Source of the DNA: Patescibacteria group bacterium
GTDB taxonomy: Bacteria > Patescibacteriota > Minisyncoccia > 2-02-FULL-40-12 > GWA2-44-9
Length of the DNA: 64,000 nt
Assembly: GCA_038064455.1 (NCBI GenBank)
Contig: JBBTTB010000006.1
Coordinates: 5,147-69,146 of the forward strand
Direction: 5' to 3'
The translations under genes and the position numbers were made by a program. How positions within the stretch are numbered: the first letter of the stretch is position 1; the number at the start of each line of letters is the position of its first letter. The notes under the pieces were generated by a model. The model was not told where the DNA came from and did no database searches. It was given only the letters and a program-made list of their open reading frames with translations. This document shows positions 45,954 through 56,218 of this stretch, piece by piece.

Positions 45954-46961
45954 TTATTGCATTGAAGTGCTAATAAAATCACGGACGATCTGCCAATTAC
46001 CATCACGTGGCAAAAGCACGTAAGAACCCGTAGAGCTCTTTGTCTCCTGGAGCACGTTCTCGGGAGTAAGTACGATGCGTTTCTGCGTGGTTGATCCGCT
46101 TAGTGATTTACCTAGAGACAAAAGGCTCGTCATGTCTAATACATTAATATCAGTAACAATGTGAGAGCGAATCGTCTGCATGAGCGCTACGATACGCCCG
46201 GGCTCTGAAAGGAGTTGGAGTGATAGTGCCTTATCTTTAATAGCACTGATTACTTGCTGTTGGCGCCGCGCGCGATCAAAGTCGTTTGAGGAATAACGCG
46301 ACCGAACATAGTAGAGCGCTTGTTCGCCGTTGAGATGATTTTCTCCTGCTGGCAATAAGAACGTATAGCCCCACTGCTGTTTTTCTTCAAACGGCGTAGC
46401 TAGTGTAATAGTGATGCCGCCAAGATCATCAACGATCTTCTGAAATGCGGTGAAGTTAAAGACGACTGCGTGGTCTATATATACGCCAGTGATCTGCGAT
46501 ACTAATTTTTTAGTCCCGTTCAATCCAAGATATTCATATGCGGCGTTGAGTTTGTCGGCCCTCGTGTCCGTAATGCGAGTATACAGGTCGCGTGGAAGTG
46601 AAATTAAAGCTGATTTTTTCGTAGACGTATCGTAGCGTAAAAGCAAAATGGTGTCCGTAAGAAGCCCGCCATCAGGATCGTCTTTACCGCGCATGCCAAG
46701 GAGTAAGATATCGAGTGTTGCGTCTTTATCTGGAGTCACATACGAATCTTCTTCAATAGCGTGCACAAGCTCTGGAGGAAGTACGTGGTCAGCAATAATA
46801 GCTGTTCCAGACCCGCCTAGAGTGATATCAAAGCTTGTATTACGAAAAGACTGTGTCCACGCTATAAGCGCTATGGCACACAGTATAAGCCCTACGACGG
46901 TCAGCACGACTCTTCGAGAAGTGCGGGATTCTGACAATTGTTGGTTATTTAGTGAATACAT
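45954..46961 (-). CDS. LytR-CpsA-Psr (LCP) family cell-envelope polymer transferase.
   Basis: N-terminal TM segment. LCP core ..DTILLLRYDTSTKKSALISLPRDLY... Confidence 0.75.
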   Translation of the reverse strand: MYSLNNQQLSESRTSRRVVLTVVGLILCAIALIAWTQSFRNTSFDITLGGSGTAIIADHVLPPELVHAIEEDSYVTPDKDATLDILLLGMRGKDDPDGGLLTDTILLLRYDTSTKKSALISLPRDLYTRITDTRADKLNAAYEYLGLNGTKKLVSQITGVYIDHAVVFNFTAFQKIVDDLGGITITLATPFEEKQQWGYTFLLPAGENHLNGEQALYYVRSRYSSNDFDRARRQQQVISAIKDKALSLQLLSEPGRIVALMQTIRSHIVTDINVLDMTSLLSLGKSLSGSTTQKRIVLTPENVLQETKSSTGSYVLLPRDGNWQIVRDFISTSMQ

Positions 46962-48010
46962 GACCGAAGCTCATCTCCAGAAACGAGCACACGTTGTTGC
47001 ACAAAGCCACGCTTTCGAAGCATACGGGGCAATAAAACGATCGCCTCTCCTATGCCTCGGAGTACGCTCCAATCAAACAGAAGCGCATAGCACAGGGCCC
47101 CAAGATCGCGCGCCAGAATAAAAGGAGCATCTATGAGAAGATGCGTACGCAACTCATTCTTAACCATTGTACACCTATTATTTCTCCAATCCAATTGGCG
47201 TTTCAGAGGTGTAATGGCTCGTCGTGCGCGGATGCGAGATGGCACCAAGGACTGCCACCAGTGCCTTACAACAGATTTTGTTGTTGTACGGTCGTGATAT
47301 GCGTGCGCGGTGGGGCACAACACCTGTTTCCAGTCGCGTAAACGCATGCGCCACGCAATATCGAGATCGTCACCGTACCCTATGCGCAGATCGCCTATGT
47401 GTGCGTAATAGTCTTTATCAATAATACCCTCCTCGAGTGCGCTATCGAGTAAGGCGCTCTTCTTAAAGAATGGCATTGCTCCCTCAACGCCGAAAATAGG
47501 CGCGGTATCGTGTTGGCCGTCGTCCTTCTCCCCTTGTCCGATATTATATACACGCCGCGAACGAGACATGCCAAAGCCGCACGTATCAATGATGTGTGAT
47601 TGATCCCATGTATTTGAGGCAATGTCCGCGAATGTGTATTGGAATACCTTTGCCTGTACCGCGCCGATACGTTCATCAGCGTCTGCACATGTAACAAGTG
47701 CTTCGATACAATCTGGCGCCAAAAGCACATCTACCGAAAGCGAAAGGATATATGCGCCGTGCGTATACTGCATCGCTTCAACCTGTCCTGGCCACATGCC
47801 AATATTGTGAGGATGTGCGATCATCTTAGCTTGAGGCAACATCTCCTGTGCGACAGCGCGCGTTTCATCGCGAGAGGCGTTGTCAAAAACAATGACTTCG
47901 ATGTTCTGATATGTTTGTTTCAAGAGCGCTTCAGCGCACGCGCGCATGTAGCGAGCACCGTTTGAAACAACCAGCACAACGGAAACGAGTGGGTTAGATG
48001 CGGTGCTCAT
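46949..48010 (-). CDS. Family 2 glycosyltransferase.
   Basis: VSVVLVVSNGARYMRACAEALLKQTYQNIEVIVFDNASRD.. is a GT2 N-terminus with DxD. Confidence 0.7.
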   Translation of the reverse strand: MSTASNPLVSVVLVVSNGARYMRACAEALLKQTYQNIEVIVFDNASRDETRAVAQEMLPQAKMIAHPHNIGMWPGQVEAMQYTHGAYILSLSVDVLLAPDCIEALVTCADADERIGAVQAKVFQYTFADIASNTWDQSHIIDTCGFGMSRSRRVYNIGQGEKDDGQHDTAPIFGVEGAMPFFKKSALLDSALEEGIIDKDYYAHIGDLRIGYGDDLDIAWRMRLRDWKQVLCPTAHAYHDRTTTKSVVRHWWQSLVPSRIRARRAITPLKRQLDWRNNRCTMVKNELRTHLLIDAPFILARDLGALCYALLFDWSVLRGIGEAIVLLPRMLRKRGFVQQRVLVSGDELRSCIH

Positions 48011-49583
48011 GTTTTTGATATCCCATAATCACTGCGCATACGGCGCCGATAAGAAGCAAGGCGCGCTCATCAAACAGTGCCGCATCGGTGATAAGGTACG
48101 CCCATATCCATGGCAACATAATAAGCGCCGTAACAAGGAACGCTTGATCACGAGGCGTTGTTGCTTTTCGTAATGCGCTTATTCCCGCAAAAAGAAGGCT
48201 TGCAAGAAATGAAGTGAACGCGAGAAGCCCGAAAAGACCAATCTCGCCGGCTATATGGAGATATACGTTATGCGCAGAAGATCCCGCATCAGCAAAACGT
48301 AGCTCCTGATCGAGAATGATGGGATATTGGCCAATGCCGACTCCAAGCAGTGGGCGCTTTTCTATAGAATCCAACGTGGCTCGCCAGATGGCAATGCGCT
48401 GACTATTTGATGTCTCGCCAAAATCAATAATGGAGCGCAGACGTCTAGTGAATAACAGATCATCTCCTTTGCTTAGTAAGAATTGCGGAGAAGTGACTAT
48501 AGGCCACGCTACAAAGAATAGTGCAAAGAAAAGAATCGACGTTACGGTAACATAGCGCAGTAACGTTTGCGCTTGTCGTGAAAGGGTATGTCGTAGGAGC
48601 ACTATGAGTAATACGCCAAGCGGAACAACTCCAATGCTTGCAACCCACATGCCACGGGTTCCTGAAAGGATGACGAATAAAAAGATAACGGGAACGAATG
48701 CGACCCACATACTTACTCGAGTGCGTGCTAACCGCCTAAGTGTTTCATACGCCTGCGCAGGGATACGAGAGTGTGCAAGCGCGGCGGCCATCACCGCAGG
48801 CACAAGTGCTATGAGGACCATGGGAAATGTGTGTGAATCCGGAAGGAGTGAGAAGATACGTAGAGAAAGTTGCTCACCATAGTATGCAAACCACGTGTTT
48901 CCAACGCTCGTTACAATCTCACTCCACTGCGTACCGAATTGTCGCAACTGGACTCCCTCACCCCAGATGCGCATGAAGGCATAGATGTCCATGATATAGG
49001 TTGAAAAAAGCTGAATGCCGGCAACGCCAACAAGCAACATAGCGACCCATCGCATACACGCAAAGAGCGCGCTGCGCACCTCTTCTTTGTGTGACAAGAG
49101 TGCGATAACTCCGAGCGGAAGAAGAGCGTTCGCAAAATAGATCAAACGCTTTAATGCTATCACACTATCCCCTGCAACACTTAGCGAGAGCACCGCAATA
49201 CTAAAGAGAGCTATGAGAGACATTCCTGCCGGTGATCGCGCAAGGCCGGTAACATCTGATAGATTCTTGCGATAGGCATAAGCTCCACGCACTACAAGAA
49301 ACACTGCAAACAACCGCCACATATTGAAATTATCAAATGTTTGAGTGATCGGAAGCGCAAGTGCACACGGCACCATCCCAACGAAATAGACGGCCGCATT
49401 CTCAAGCGACATGCGCGTCATGGCAAAAAGTCCGAAGAAGAGCACAAAGAAACTCGCCTCTCGTGGCAAGAATCCTGCCATAACGGCAAGCGAGATAATC
49501 CAGCTAATCACAAGCGGCGCCCGCCACGATTGAAAGAAGTGTGAAAGCATTATGACAGCGTTTCTGTTATTGCGGATATCCAT
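47994..49583 (-). CDS. O-antigen ligase/polymerase (Wzy/WaaL)-like polytopic membrane protein.
   Basis: More than 10 TM helices with a large periplasmic loop. Sits in the glycosyltransferase cluster. Confidence 0.55.
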   Translation of the reverse strand: MDIRNNRNAVIMLSHFFQSWRAPLVISWIISLAVMAGFLPREASFFVLFFGLFAMTRMSLENAAVYFVGMVPCALALPITQTFDNFNMWRLFAVFLVVRGAYAYRKNLSDVTGLARSPAGMSLIALFSIAVLSLSVAGDSVIALKRLIYFANALLPLGVIALLSHKEEVRSALFACMRWVAMLLVGVAGIQLFSTYIMDIYAFMRIWGEGVQLRQFGTQWSEIVTSVGNTWFAYYGEQLSLRIFSLLPDSHTFPMVLIALVPAVMAAALAHSRIPAQAYETLRRLARTRVSMWVAFVPVIFLFVILSGTRGMWVASIGVVPLGVLLIVLLRHTLSRQAQTLLRYVTVTSILFFALFFVAWPIVTSPQFLLSKGDDLLFTRRLRSIIDFGETSNSQRIAIWRATLDSIEKRPLLGVGIGQYPIILDQELRFADAGSSAHNVYLHIAGEIGLFGLLAFTSFLASLLFAGISALRKATTPRDQAFLVTALIMLPWIWAYLITDAALFDERALLLIGAVCAVIMGYQKHEHRI

Positions 49584-51514
49584 CGGTCAGCATGCGCACG
49601 CCATGTGTATGTCTTAGCCCGCGCACGAATGCGATCGCGAAATGCGGCATCGGTGCGTAGGGTAAGCGATTCCACCATAACTTTCCGCATTCCTTCCGAT
49701 GTGATTGGTTGTGGCACATACAGCGCATCTTCTCCAAATATTTCATGTGAAAGTGGCGTGTCAGCAACAATGGGTATCGCACCGTGGGCAGCTCCTTCAA
49801 CAGGAGGCAAACCAAACGACTCTGCATCTGACACATACACTATAGCATGAGCTTTTGCATATAATGCTTCGAGATCTTGTTCAGAAATGTGTGGCGTATA
49901 GGTGATGCGCATGCCCTGCGTCGCGAGTGCGTGCACTTTCTCGGCAATAAGCGGCGGCGTGTATTTATCGGCACCTGCAAATACGCCGCCAACATCGGGA
50001 TGCGTTACATATACTCTTTCTAATGCTTCTAACATTTCACGCACATGACGTCGCTCAAATGCTTGCCCCACCCATGCGAAGATCGGTTCCCGTGCTCCGG
50101 TGCTATACGCGCCCGTATCACGCACTGCCAGATGATTTACTATAACGTTCCGTGATGGTTGACGGAATGCTTGCGAAAGAAGTTTGGCAGAGTCGTGAGA
50201 AAGCGTCATGACGCGTGTGGCGTGGCGATATGCCCACCCCGCAAAAAGTCGGTATGCGAGACGATATTTCAGCGGAAGCGATGTTCCAAACATTTCGTAC
50301 CCAACATCAGGAGTAAGCATGACGAGAGATGCGCGAACCCACGTGAACGGCAGTATGTAGTTTGGGAAATAAAGTGCACGCACTCCATGCCAATAGGCTA
50401 AGAGGGGCATCCATATATGGTAGTGCAGATTAAATGATGCCGGGAACCACTGTGGTTTTGTTATATGGCATTGAAAGAATTCAAGGTGCTCCCACGGCCC
50501 CGGCACAATACGTGATTTAAAGTAGAGGTGGATAACAAACTTTTGCCCAAGGTGTGGTTGTTGTGCTAATTCATTGACGAGTTCGCGAGTCATGCGCGCT
50601 ACACCACCCACAGGATCTTCAAGTGACTCTGCTTCAATACCAATGTGTGCGCGCTGTGATGCTGGGTTCCCCCACACGCCTCGAAGCGCCAATGAAAGAC
50701 CGCGCAGTACACCTCGCCAGTATGCGCTTCCCATGGATGCCCCTAGCGCTCCACGCAGAAAGGCATAGATACCCCACACCACCGCGCGCATGTTGTTTCC
50801 ATATACCCACTCAACAAAGAGATAGTTGCGGGCATGCAGGGTGGCAAGGGTAGCGCTAGGTAGCGCCTTTGTTGCTGCAGATCCCTCATGAAATATGCTC
50901 GTTTCGCCAGTGCGTATTGTTATAGCCTTTTGGCGAACTCGCCACGTAAGCGCTACGTCTTCCCAATAGAGAAAAAAGCGTTCATCCCACCACCCTATCG
51001 CATCGCCACTCGTAATATGAAGAGCGCACGCCGCTCCATGTACATATGCGCGTTCATCCGTAAGCGGCGCATTGCCTCGAAGACCAACGGGCATGCCGCC
51101 TACATACGTGATGCGCCCCGAATAAACCCGCTTCCCGCCTTCCTCTATTGGGAATGCCACGAGTCCTGGCGCACCGCTAAGATCTTTCTGTATCGTTTCG
51201 CGGAATGCTGGAGAGACCCGTGTGTCACTGTTAAGAAACACAAACCATGTTGCTCCATCAGTTCGTGCGCGCACAACACCAGCATTATTTCCAGCTCCAA
51301 ATCCCCCGTTGTAGGATGCATGAACGTGCCGCGCTATTGGAATGCGAGATGCAAATTGCTCATGCTCTGCTTCGGTATATTCATTGTTATCGATAATGTA
51401 CCAATGAATATCCGTTCCCAGATGTGGCAGAAGCGACTCAGCGAGTCGTAGTATGGGCGCTTCTTTTCCAAAATGAACCGTGATAATTGCGATCATGATA
51501 TAAATGTCTGCCAC
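49550..51514 (-). CDS. Bifunctional glycosyltransferase: N-terminal GT2 domain fused to a C-terminal GT4 (GT-B) domain.
   Basis: N-terminus TVHFGKE.., WYIIDNN, FLNSDT (GT2). C-terminus ..ESFGLPPVEGAAHGAIPIV.. (GT4 EX7E-like). Confidence 0.6.
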   Translation of the reverse strand: MADIYIMIAIITVHFGKEAPILRLAESLLPHLGTDIHWYIIDNNEYTEAEHEQFASRIPIARHVHASYNGGFGAGNNAGVVRARTDGATWFVFLNSDTRVSPAFRETIQKDLSGAPGLVAFPIEEGGKRVYSGRITYVGGMPVGLRGNAPLTDERAYVHGAACALHITSGDAIGWWDERFFLYWEDVALTWRVRQKAITIRTGETSIFHEGSAATKALPSATLATLHARNYLFVEWVYGNNMRAVVWGIYAFLRGALGASMGSAYWRGVLRGLSLALRGVWGNPASQRAHIGIEAESLEDPVGGVARMTRELVNELAQQPHLGQKFVIHLYFKSRIVPGPWEHLEFFQCHITKPQWFPASFNLHYHIWMPLLAYWHGVRALYFPNYILPFTWVRASLVMLTPDVGYEMFGTSLPLKYRLAYRLFAGWAYRHATRVMTLSHDSAKLLSQAFRQPSRNVIVNHLAVRDTGAYSTGAREPIFAWVGQAFERRHVREMLEALERVYVTHPDVGGVFAGADKYTPPLIAEKVHALATQGMRITYTPHISEQDLEALYAKAHAIVYVSDAESFGLPPVEGAAHGAIPIVADTPLSHEIFGEDALYVPQPITSEGMRKVMVESLTLRTDAAFRDRIRARAKTYTWRAHADRWISAITETLS

Positions 51515-52539
51515 GCTTCGCGGAACCGAGCTTCGGAGAAAAAGGCACCTCGTGCGCGGATGGCCTCTTTATTATACGTTCGTTGCTCAAAGCGTACGAG
51601 GCATTCTCCTATCGCTTCCGGGATAGCATCATCAAAGAATTCGCCAGTTACACCTTCTTCTATAATTTCAGTGGCGCCACCAGCGCGCAAAGCAAGCACG
51701 GGCGTTCCATGAGCATGTGTTTCAGCGATAGTAAGACCAAAATCTTCTTCGTTCGGCACGATGAGCGCGGTGGCATGCTCCATATACGCGCCTAGAATTG
51801 CTTCATCCACGTGCCCCATAACGTGCACGTTTGGTGTCGCTTGACGTTGTAAAGAGTGAAGTAATGGCCCTGTCCCAATAATAACAAGATCGCGCTGAAG
51901 TCGTGAAAAGAGTTCTAACAGCATGCTCACATTTTTGTATGCGTAGAGTCGTCCCACAAAAAGATAGTAGGGCTTCGAGTGCGGCATGGGAGAACCAGCG
52001 TGTGCAGATTTTACCGGAGGATAGATGATCGCCTTTGCAGTGTGTGCGTAGTATGTCTTTATGCGCTCTGCTGCCGTTCGTGAGATAGCAACCCATTCAG
52101 TGATACGCTGTGCGGCTGCGCTGTCCCACAAACGCATCAGATGACGCATAAGGCGCATGCCACGTTGTGCGTGAGTAAGATCCCACAACTGCCGCGGAGG
52201 GCTCATACAATAAGAGATGTGGCGCGTTGTACGCGGTACAATAACCCCCTTACTCACCAACCCGCTCACCGAAATGACCACATCGTACCCAGTGAAATCA
52301 AAAGATTCTATAGCGAGTGGTAAAAGCAGTGCAATGAGAGGTCGAAAGCGAAGAAAAGAAGGAATGGCGCCGATGAAACTCTCACGGATATCGGCGTGCG
52401 GAAAAGCAGCACGAACACGCGCGTGATCCGCGTAGGCAGTATATATGGGGGCATCAGGCCAGATACGGTGCAGTGCATGCACAAGCTCCTCTGATCCCGA
52501 TACCGATGTGATCCAGTCGGTAACGAGTGCAATCTTCAT
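51493..52539 (-). CDS. Family 4 (GT-B) glycosyltransferase.
   Basis: YLFVGRLYAYKN.., EEDFGLTIAETHAHGTPVLALRAGGATEII. Confidence 0.7.
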   Translation of the reverse strand: MKIALVTDWITSVSGSEELVHALHRIWPDAPIYTAYADHARVRAAFPHADIRESFIGAIPSFLRFRPLIALLLPLAIESFDFTGYDVVISVSGLVSKGVIVPRTTRHISYCMSPPRQLWDLTHAQRGMRLMRHLMRLWDSAAAQRITEWVAISRTAAERIKTYYAHTAKAIIYPPVKSAHAGSPMPHSKPYYLFVGRLYAYKNVSMLLELFSRLQRDLVIIGTGPLLHSLQRQATPNVHVMGHVDEAILGAYMEHATALIVPNEEDFGLTIAETHAHGTPVLALRAGGATEIIEEGVTGEFFDDAIPEAIGECLVRFEQRTYNKEAIRARGAFFSEARFREAWQTFIS

Positions 52540-53543
52540 GAACGCTTTGCGATGACGTTTTTCTTATAGACATCGAGATTTTCAAGCACAATGCCTGTAC
52601 CGCGTGCCACACAAAAGAGCGGATCGTCAGCAATATGTGCGGGGACACCCGTCACCTTCGTGATGAGCTGATCAATATTGCGCAACAATGCGCCGCCCCC
52701 AGAAATAGTGATGCCGCGATCCATAATATCCGAGCAGAGCTCCGGCGGTGTCACTTCAAGCACCTCTTTGATAATCTGAATCACTTCACGCAAACTTTCG
52801 CTAAGCGCATCAGTCAGTTCATTCGAACCGATTTCAATAATTTTCGGGAGACCTGAAGTAAGATCGCGCCCCTTGATGGTAATCTTTTCTTCGTTCGCCT
52901 GTTTCATAGCACTCCCAATCGCAATTTTCATGAGTTCTGCGGTGCGCTCTCCAATCGCAAGTGCATGGCGCTTCTTAATGTATTCAACAATGGCGAGATC
53001 AAATTTATTCCCACCGATGCGCACCGACGATGCGCTCACAATGCCTCCGAGTGAAATTACCGCGAGTTCTGTTGTCCCGCCACCGATATTTAAAATCATG
53101 TTCCCAATCGGACTATTGATAGGGATGCGCGCACCGATTGCCGCAAGCACCGGCTCTTTCACTAAATAAACTGCTTTTGCACCGGCATCGAGCGTTGACT
53201 CAATCACGGCACGTTTTTCCGTTGAAGTGATCCCGGCGGGGACGGAGATGAGTACTTCTGGCTTCAAAAAAGAGAAAAGCCCCCCAGCGCGCTTAATAAA
53301 GTAGCGGAGCATCGCACCAGTAATGCGATAGTCTGCAATGGCGCCATCAACGAGCGGGCGTGAAATGATAATGCTATCTGGCGTGCGCCCGATCATTTCT
53401 TTTGCCTTGTTTCCAACTGCCAGAATAGTGTTGTCGAGCACTGAAACGGCCACAACCGAAGGCTCGTTGATAACAATCCCCTTGCCGGGGACGAAGACAA
53501 CTGTGTTGGTCGTACCGAGATCTATGCCTATTTTACGTGCCAT
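52536..53543 (-). CDS. mreB: Rod-shape-determining actin homologue MreB.
   Basis: [18 protein letters not shown].. and actin-fold motifs. Start is trimmed to Met20 of the track ORF. Confidence 0.85.
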   Translation of the reverse strand: MARKIGIDLGTTNTVVFVPGKGIVINEPSVVAVSVLDNTILAVGNKAKEMIGRTPDSIIISRPLVDGAIADYRITGAMLRYFIKRAGGLFSFLKPEVLISVPAGITSTEKRAVIESTLDAGAKAVYLVKEPVLAAIGARIPINSPIGNMILNIGGGTTELAVISLGGIVSASSVRIGGNKFDLAIVEYIKKRHALAIGERTAELMKIAIGSAMKQANEEKITIKGRDLTSGLPKIIEIGSNELTDALSESLREVIQIIKEVLEVTPPELCSDIMDRGITISGGGALLRNIDQLITKVTGVPAHIADDPLFCVARGTGIVLENLDVYKKNVIAKRS

Positions 53544-53632
53544 AAAGCAGAGAAAGTGTAGCGTGTTATGCGGGGGTATGCAACCTGACATTTCTGGCAT
53601 TTAGTCAAGTTTTCCTGTATACTACCTTAGCT

Positions 53633-54442
53633 ATGGAAAAGCGAAAGCGCCGTATATTACTCGCTATAACCGTCCTTGTTTTTATTACAGGGACGTATTG
53701 GGCTATCATGGATGCCCAAGGATACACCTACAGCTTCTCGCAGGGGCGCTTTATTCGTACGGGAACCATTGTGCTCCGTCTTAACGAAACGGCAGATGTG
53801 CTCTTAAATGGAGAACGGAAAGGAAGCACGTCATTCCTCTCTCGCTCATTTGGTATAGAAGAATTACTTCCCGGCTCTTACACGGTAAGCACCTATCGTG
53901 ACGGCCTCTCTTCATGGAGTAAAGTTGCCTCTGTCTCCGAAGGCCTCATTACAGAATTTCCACACGTGCTCATGCTCCCTACAGATGAAGCGCGCATCGA
54001 ACTTCTTCGCTCACGCCTTGAATTAGATATGGCGGAACCGGCGCTCTTGCCCCTTCCCTCTCCTCATCCTCGTCAAACTCCTGTAGTGAGTCCCGTCCCA
54101 GATTCAACGCTCGCGTGGCGTAGCGATACGCTCATGCTTATTCAGAAAGATGGCACGCGCACTGATATCGTGAAGAACCCCACAGGCGCACGCCTTTCAG
54201 CGCGCCAAGATCGCTTGCTATGGTGGAGTGGCCGCGATCTCTGGGTGATGTGGCTTACACCGAACGGCACACAGCCTTTCTATCCTCAAGGGTACATAGA
54301 ACGTATTTTCCGTGCTTCACGTCCCATTACCAATGCAATGTGGTTTGATGAAAACGCTACGCACATCGCTTTTAACGAGGGCGCAGGTATTCGCATCATC
54401 GAAATCGATACTCGCGGTGGAGTAAACATCATTCGCTTATAA
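53633..54442 (+). CDS. Hypothetical membrane-anchored protein with a PEGA-like beta domain.
   Basis: N-terminal TM segment ILLAITVLVFITGTYWAI. GSYTVSTYRDG segment. Confidence 0.35.
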   Translation: MEKRKRRILLAITVLVFITGTYWAIMDAQGYTYSFSQGRFIRTGTIVLRLNETADVLLNGERKGSTSFLSRSFGIEELLPGSYTVSTYRDGLSSWSKVASVSEGLITEFPHVLMLPTDEARIELLRSRLELDMAEPALLPLPSPHPRQTPVVSPVPDSTLAWRSDTLMLIQKDGTRTDIVKNPTGARLSARQDRLLWWSGRDLWVMWLTPNGTQPFYPQGYIERIFRASRPITNAMWFDENATHIAFNEGAGIRIIEIDTRGGVNIIRL

Positions 54443-54446
54443 AAAA

Positions 54447-54479
54447 GCGTCCCCGTGAGAGCGGACGCTCTTTTGGGGA
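54447..54479. terminator. Bidirectional terminator hairpin.
   Basis: GCGTCC-ccgtgagag-CGGACGC followed by TCTTTTG. Confidence 0.6.
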
Positions 54480-54481
54480 CA

Positions 54482-54853
54482 TTACGTATGGTCCAGACGG
54501 TTTTCCAGAAATTCGAAAATGGCAGCTGGGACCACCCGGGCGATTCTTTTTCGAATCTCGCGCCGCATATGCCGCTTGACCTCTACTTCACCCCACACGG
54601 GCGGCCGCGCATTGAGATCTGAGAGAAGCCAGCAGTGTGGGGCACCGTGGGCATCTTCTCTCGCGATAGGGACAAGTCCTAGGACCTCCTCGACAGTCCC
54701 TCCGGGACGAAGTTGGCTCAACACAGTCGCAAGCTCCGATCTTTCGAGAATCACCGAGCACGCCTCCGCCCCCCATCGAACGCAGAAAAGTAGCTGAAGA
54801 CGCACCTCCCCACTCTCTCTCGTGATAAAGCCGAACTGTTCGCTAGCCTTCAT
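54482..54853 (-). CDS. Hypothetical GC-rich protein (123 aa).
   Basis: ORF only. Higher GC than the flanks. No motif recognised. Confidence 0.3.
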   Translation of the reverse strand: MKASEQFGFITRESGEVRLQLLFCVRWGAEACSVILERSELATVLSQLRPGGTVEEVLGLVPIAREDAHGAPHCWLLSDLNARPPVWGEVEVKRHMRREIRKRIARVVPAAIFEFLENRLDHT

Positions 54854-54963
54854 CTGCCTTATCTCCTTTATCTGCCTCTAGTGAGAGGCGGCGCTAAGAC
54901 TACATCTTTTATTACTGTTTGTCAATAAACCAAAACGCCCCGTGAAGGGCGTTTTGTGTGAGA

Positions 54964-55494
54964 TTAACGCTTTGACCACTGCGGTGACTTGCGTGCTTTC
55001 TTGAGACCATACTTACGGCGTTCCTTCATACGTGGGTCGCGAGTGAGGTAGCCCGCTTTCTTGAGCTTCTTGCGGAAGTTCGTATCAAACTGCTCAAGTG
55101 CACGAGAGATACCGTGGCGGATTGCTTCTGCTTGGCCAGCGATACCACCGCCATTCACTAATGCGGTAACCTTGAAACGTGCGAGTGACTTTAGCTTGCG
55201 GAGAGGTGCCTCAACGTGGAGCCACAATGATTTATCCGAAAAATACTCCGTATAGTCTTTGCCGTTGACCACAACGAGTGCGCGGTCTTCTTTCAGCGCA
55301 TCAGTAGATTTGCGCGTAAAGAGACGCACGCGAGCAACTGCGTTCTTGCGACGTCCTACGGATTCAAAATACTTTTCTTTGGTGCCAAGCTCCTTATCAC
55401 TCTCTTCAAGAGAAGGAAGCGTAGGCTCGTCAGTGTCTTCATCAGGCACTGCGATTCCGAGAACATCTAATGGTTGTGTGTCGTTCTGTTGCAT
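54964..55494 (-). CDS. rpsI: 30S ribosomal protein S9, with an acidic N-terminal extension.
   Basis: The C-terminal 130 aa is a canonical S9 (..GGGIAGQAEAIRHGISRAL.. ending ..KRK-like basic tail SKR). Confidence 0.9.
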   Translation of the reverse strand: MQQNDTQPLDVLGIAVPDEDTDEPTLPSLEESDKELGTKEKYFESVGRRKNAVARVRLFTRKSTDALKEDRALVVVNGKDYTEYFSDKSLWLHVEAPLRKLKSLARFKVTALVNGGGIAGQAEAIRHGISRALEQFDTNFRKKLKKAGYLTRDPRMKERRKYGLKKARKSPQWSKR

Positions 55495-55503
55495 GCGATA
55501 AAA

Positions 55504-55860
55504 TTAGGCAAACACTAAACGCAGGATCATGCGAGCGCGGAGCGTGTTATCTGGGAGCATACTGCGGACCATGCGGCGCAGGACTTCTTTTGGCTTCTTC
55601 TCCCACAGTGAACCGAGCGTACGCGAGTTAAGACCGCCTGGATAGCCAGAGAAGCGGTAGATTTGCTTCTGTTCGAGTTTGTTGCCAGTAAAGACAACTT
55701 TGTCTAAGTTGAGGATGCGTACCGAGATTTCTGGATCCACGGAAGGATTATAGGTAACGAGATGCTTGCCGCGGAGCAATGTTGCGATACGCGTAGCAGC
55801 GCGACCAATAGATTGGCCTGCCATGTCGATCTCAACGATGTTTTTAGGTGTGGCAGTCAT
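55504..55860 (-). CDS. rplM: 50S ribosomal protein L13.
   Basis: ..MAGQSIGRAATRIATLLRGKH.. Start is trimmed to Met28. Confidence 0.9.
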   Translation of the reverse strand: MTATPKNIVEIDMAGQSIGRAATRIATLLRGKHLVTYNPSVDPEISVRILNLDKVVFTGNKLEQKQIYRFSGYPGGLNSRTLGSLWEKKPKEVLRRMVRSMLPDNTLRARMILRLVFA

Positions 55861-55861
55861 A

Positions 55862-56209
55862 TTATGCAACAAATTCAATGCGAACCATCGGTGAACCATC
55901 AGAGGGACGCTGGCTAAGCGGAACGAGACGTGTGTATCCACCTGGGCGAGATGCGAAGCGTACCGAGATATCCTTCACGAGCTTCTCCGATGCCTTCTTA
56001 CCAACGCGAGTCATAAGCTCACGACGTGCGGCCACAGTACCCTTTTTCCCCAAGGTGACCAGCTTTGCCACCGTTGACGTGAGCGTCTTTGCGCGAGCGG
56101 TGGTTGTGGCAATGTAACCATGCTCGATCAGTGCAGTCGCAAGAGAGCGCAATAAGGCAGCGCGTTGATTACGTTCCCGTCCAAATTTTCGTAGGTTGCC
56201 TCGTTTCAT
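55862..56209 (-). CDS. rplQ: 50S ribosomal protein L17.
   Basis: MKRGNLRKFGRERNQRAALLRSLATALIEHGYIATT.. Confidence 0.9.
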   Translation of the reverse strand: MKRGNLRKFGRERNQRAALLRSLATALIEHGYIATTTARAKTLTSTVAKLVTLGKKGTVAARRELMTRVGKKASEKLVKDISVRFASRPGGYTRLVPLSQRPSDGSPMVRIEFVA

Positions 56210-56218
56210 GTGCAATAA

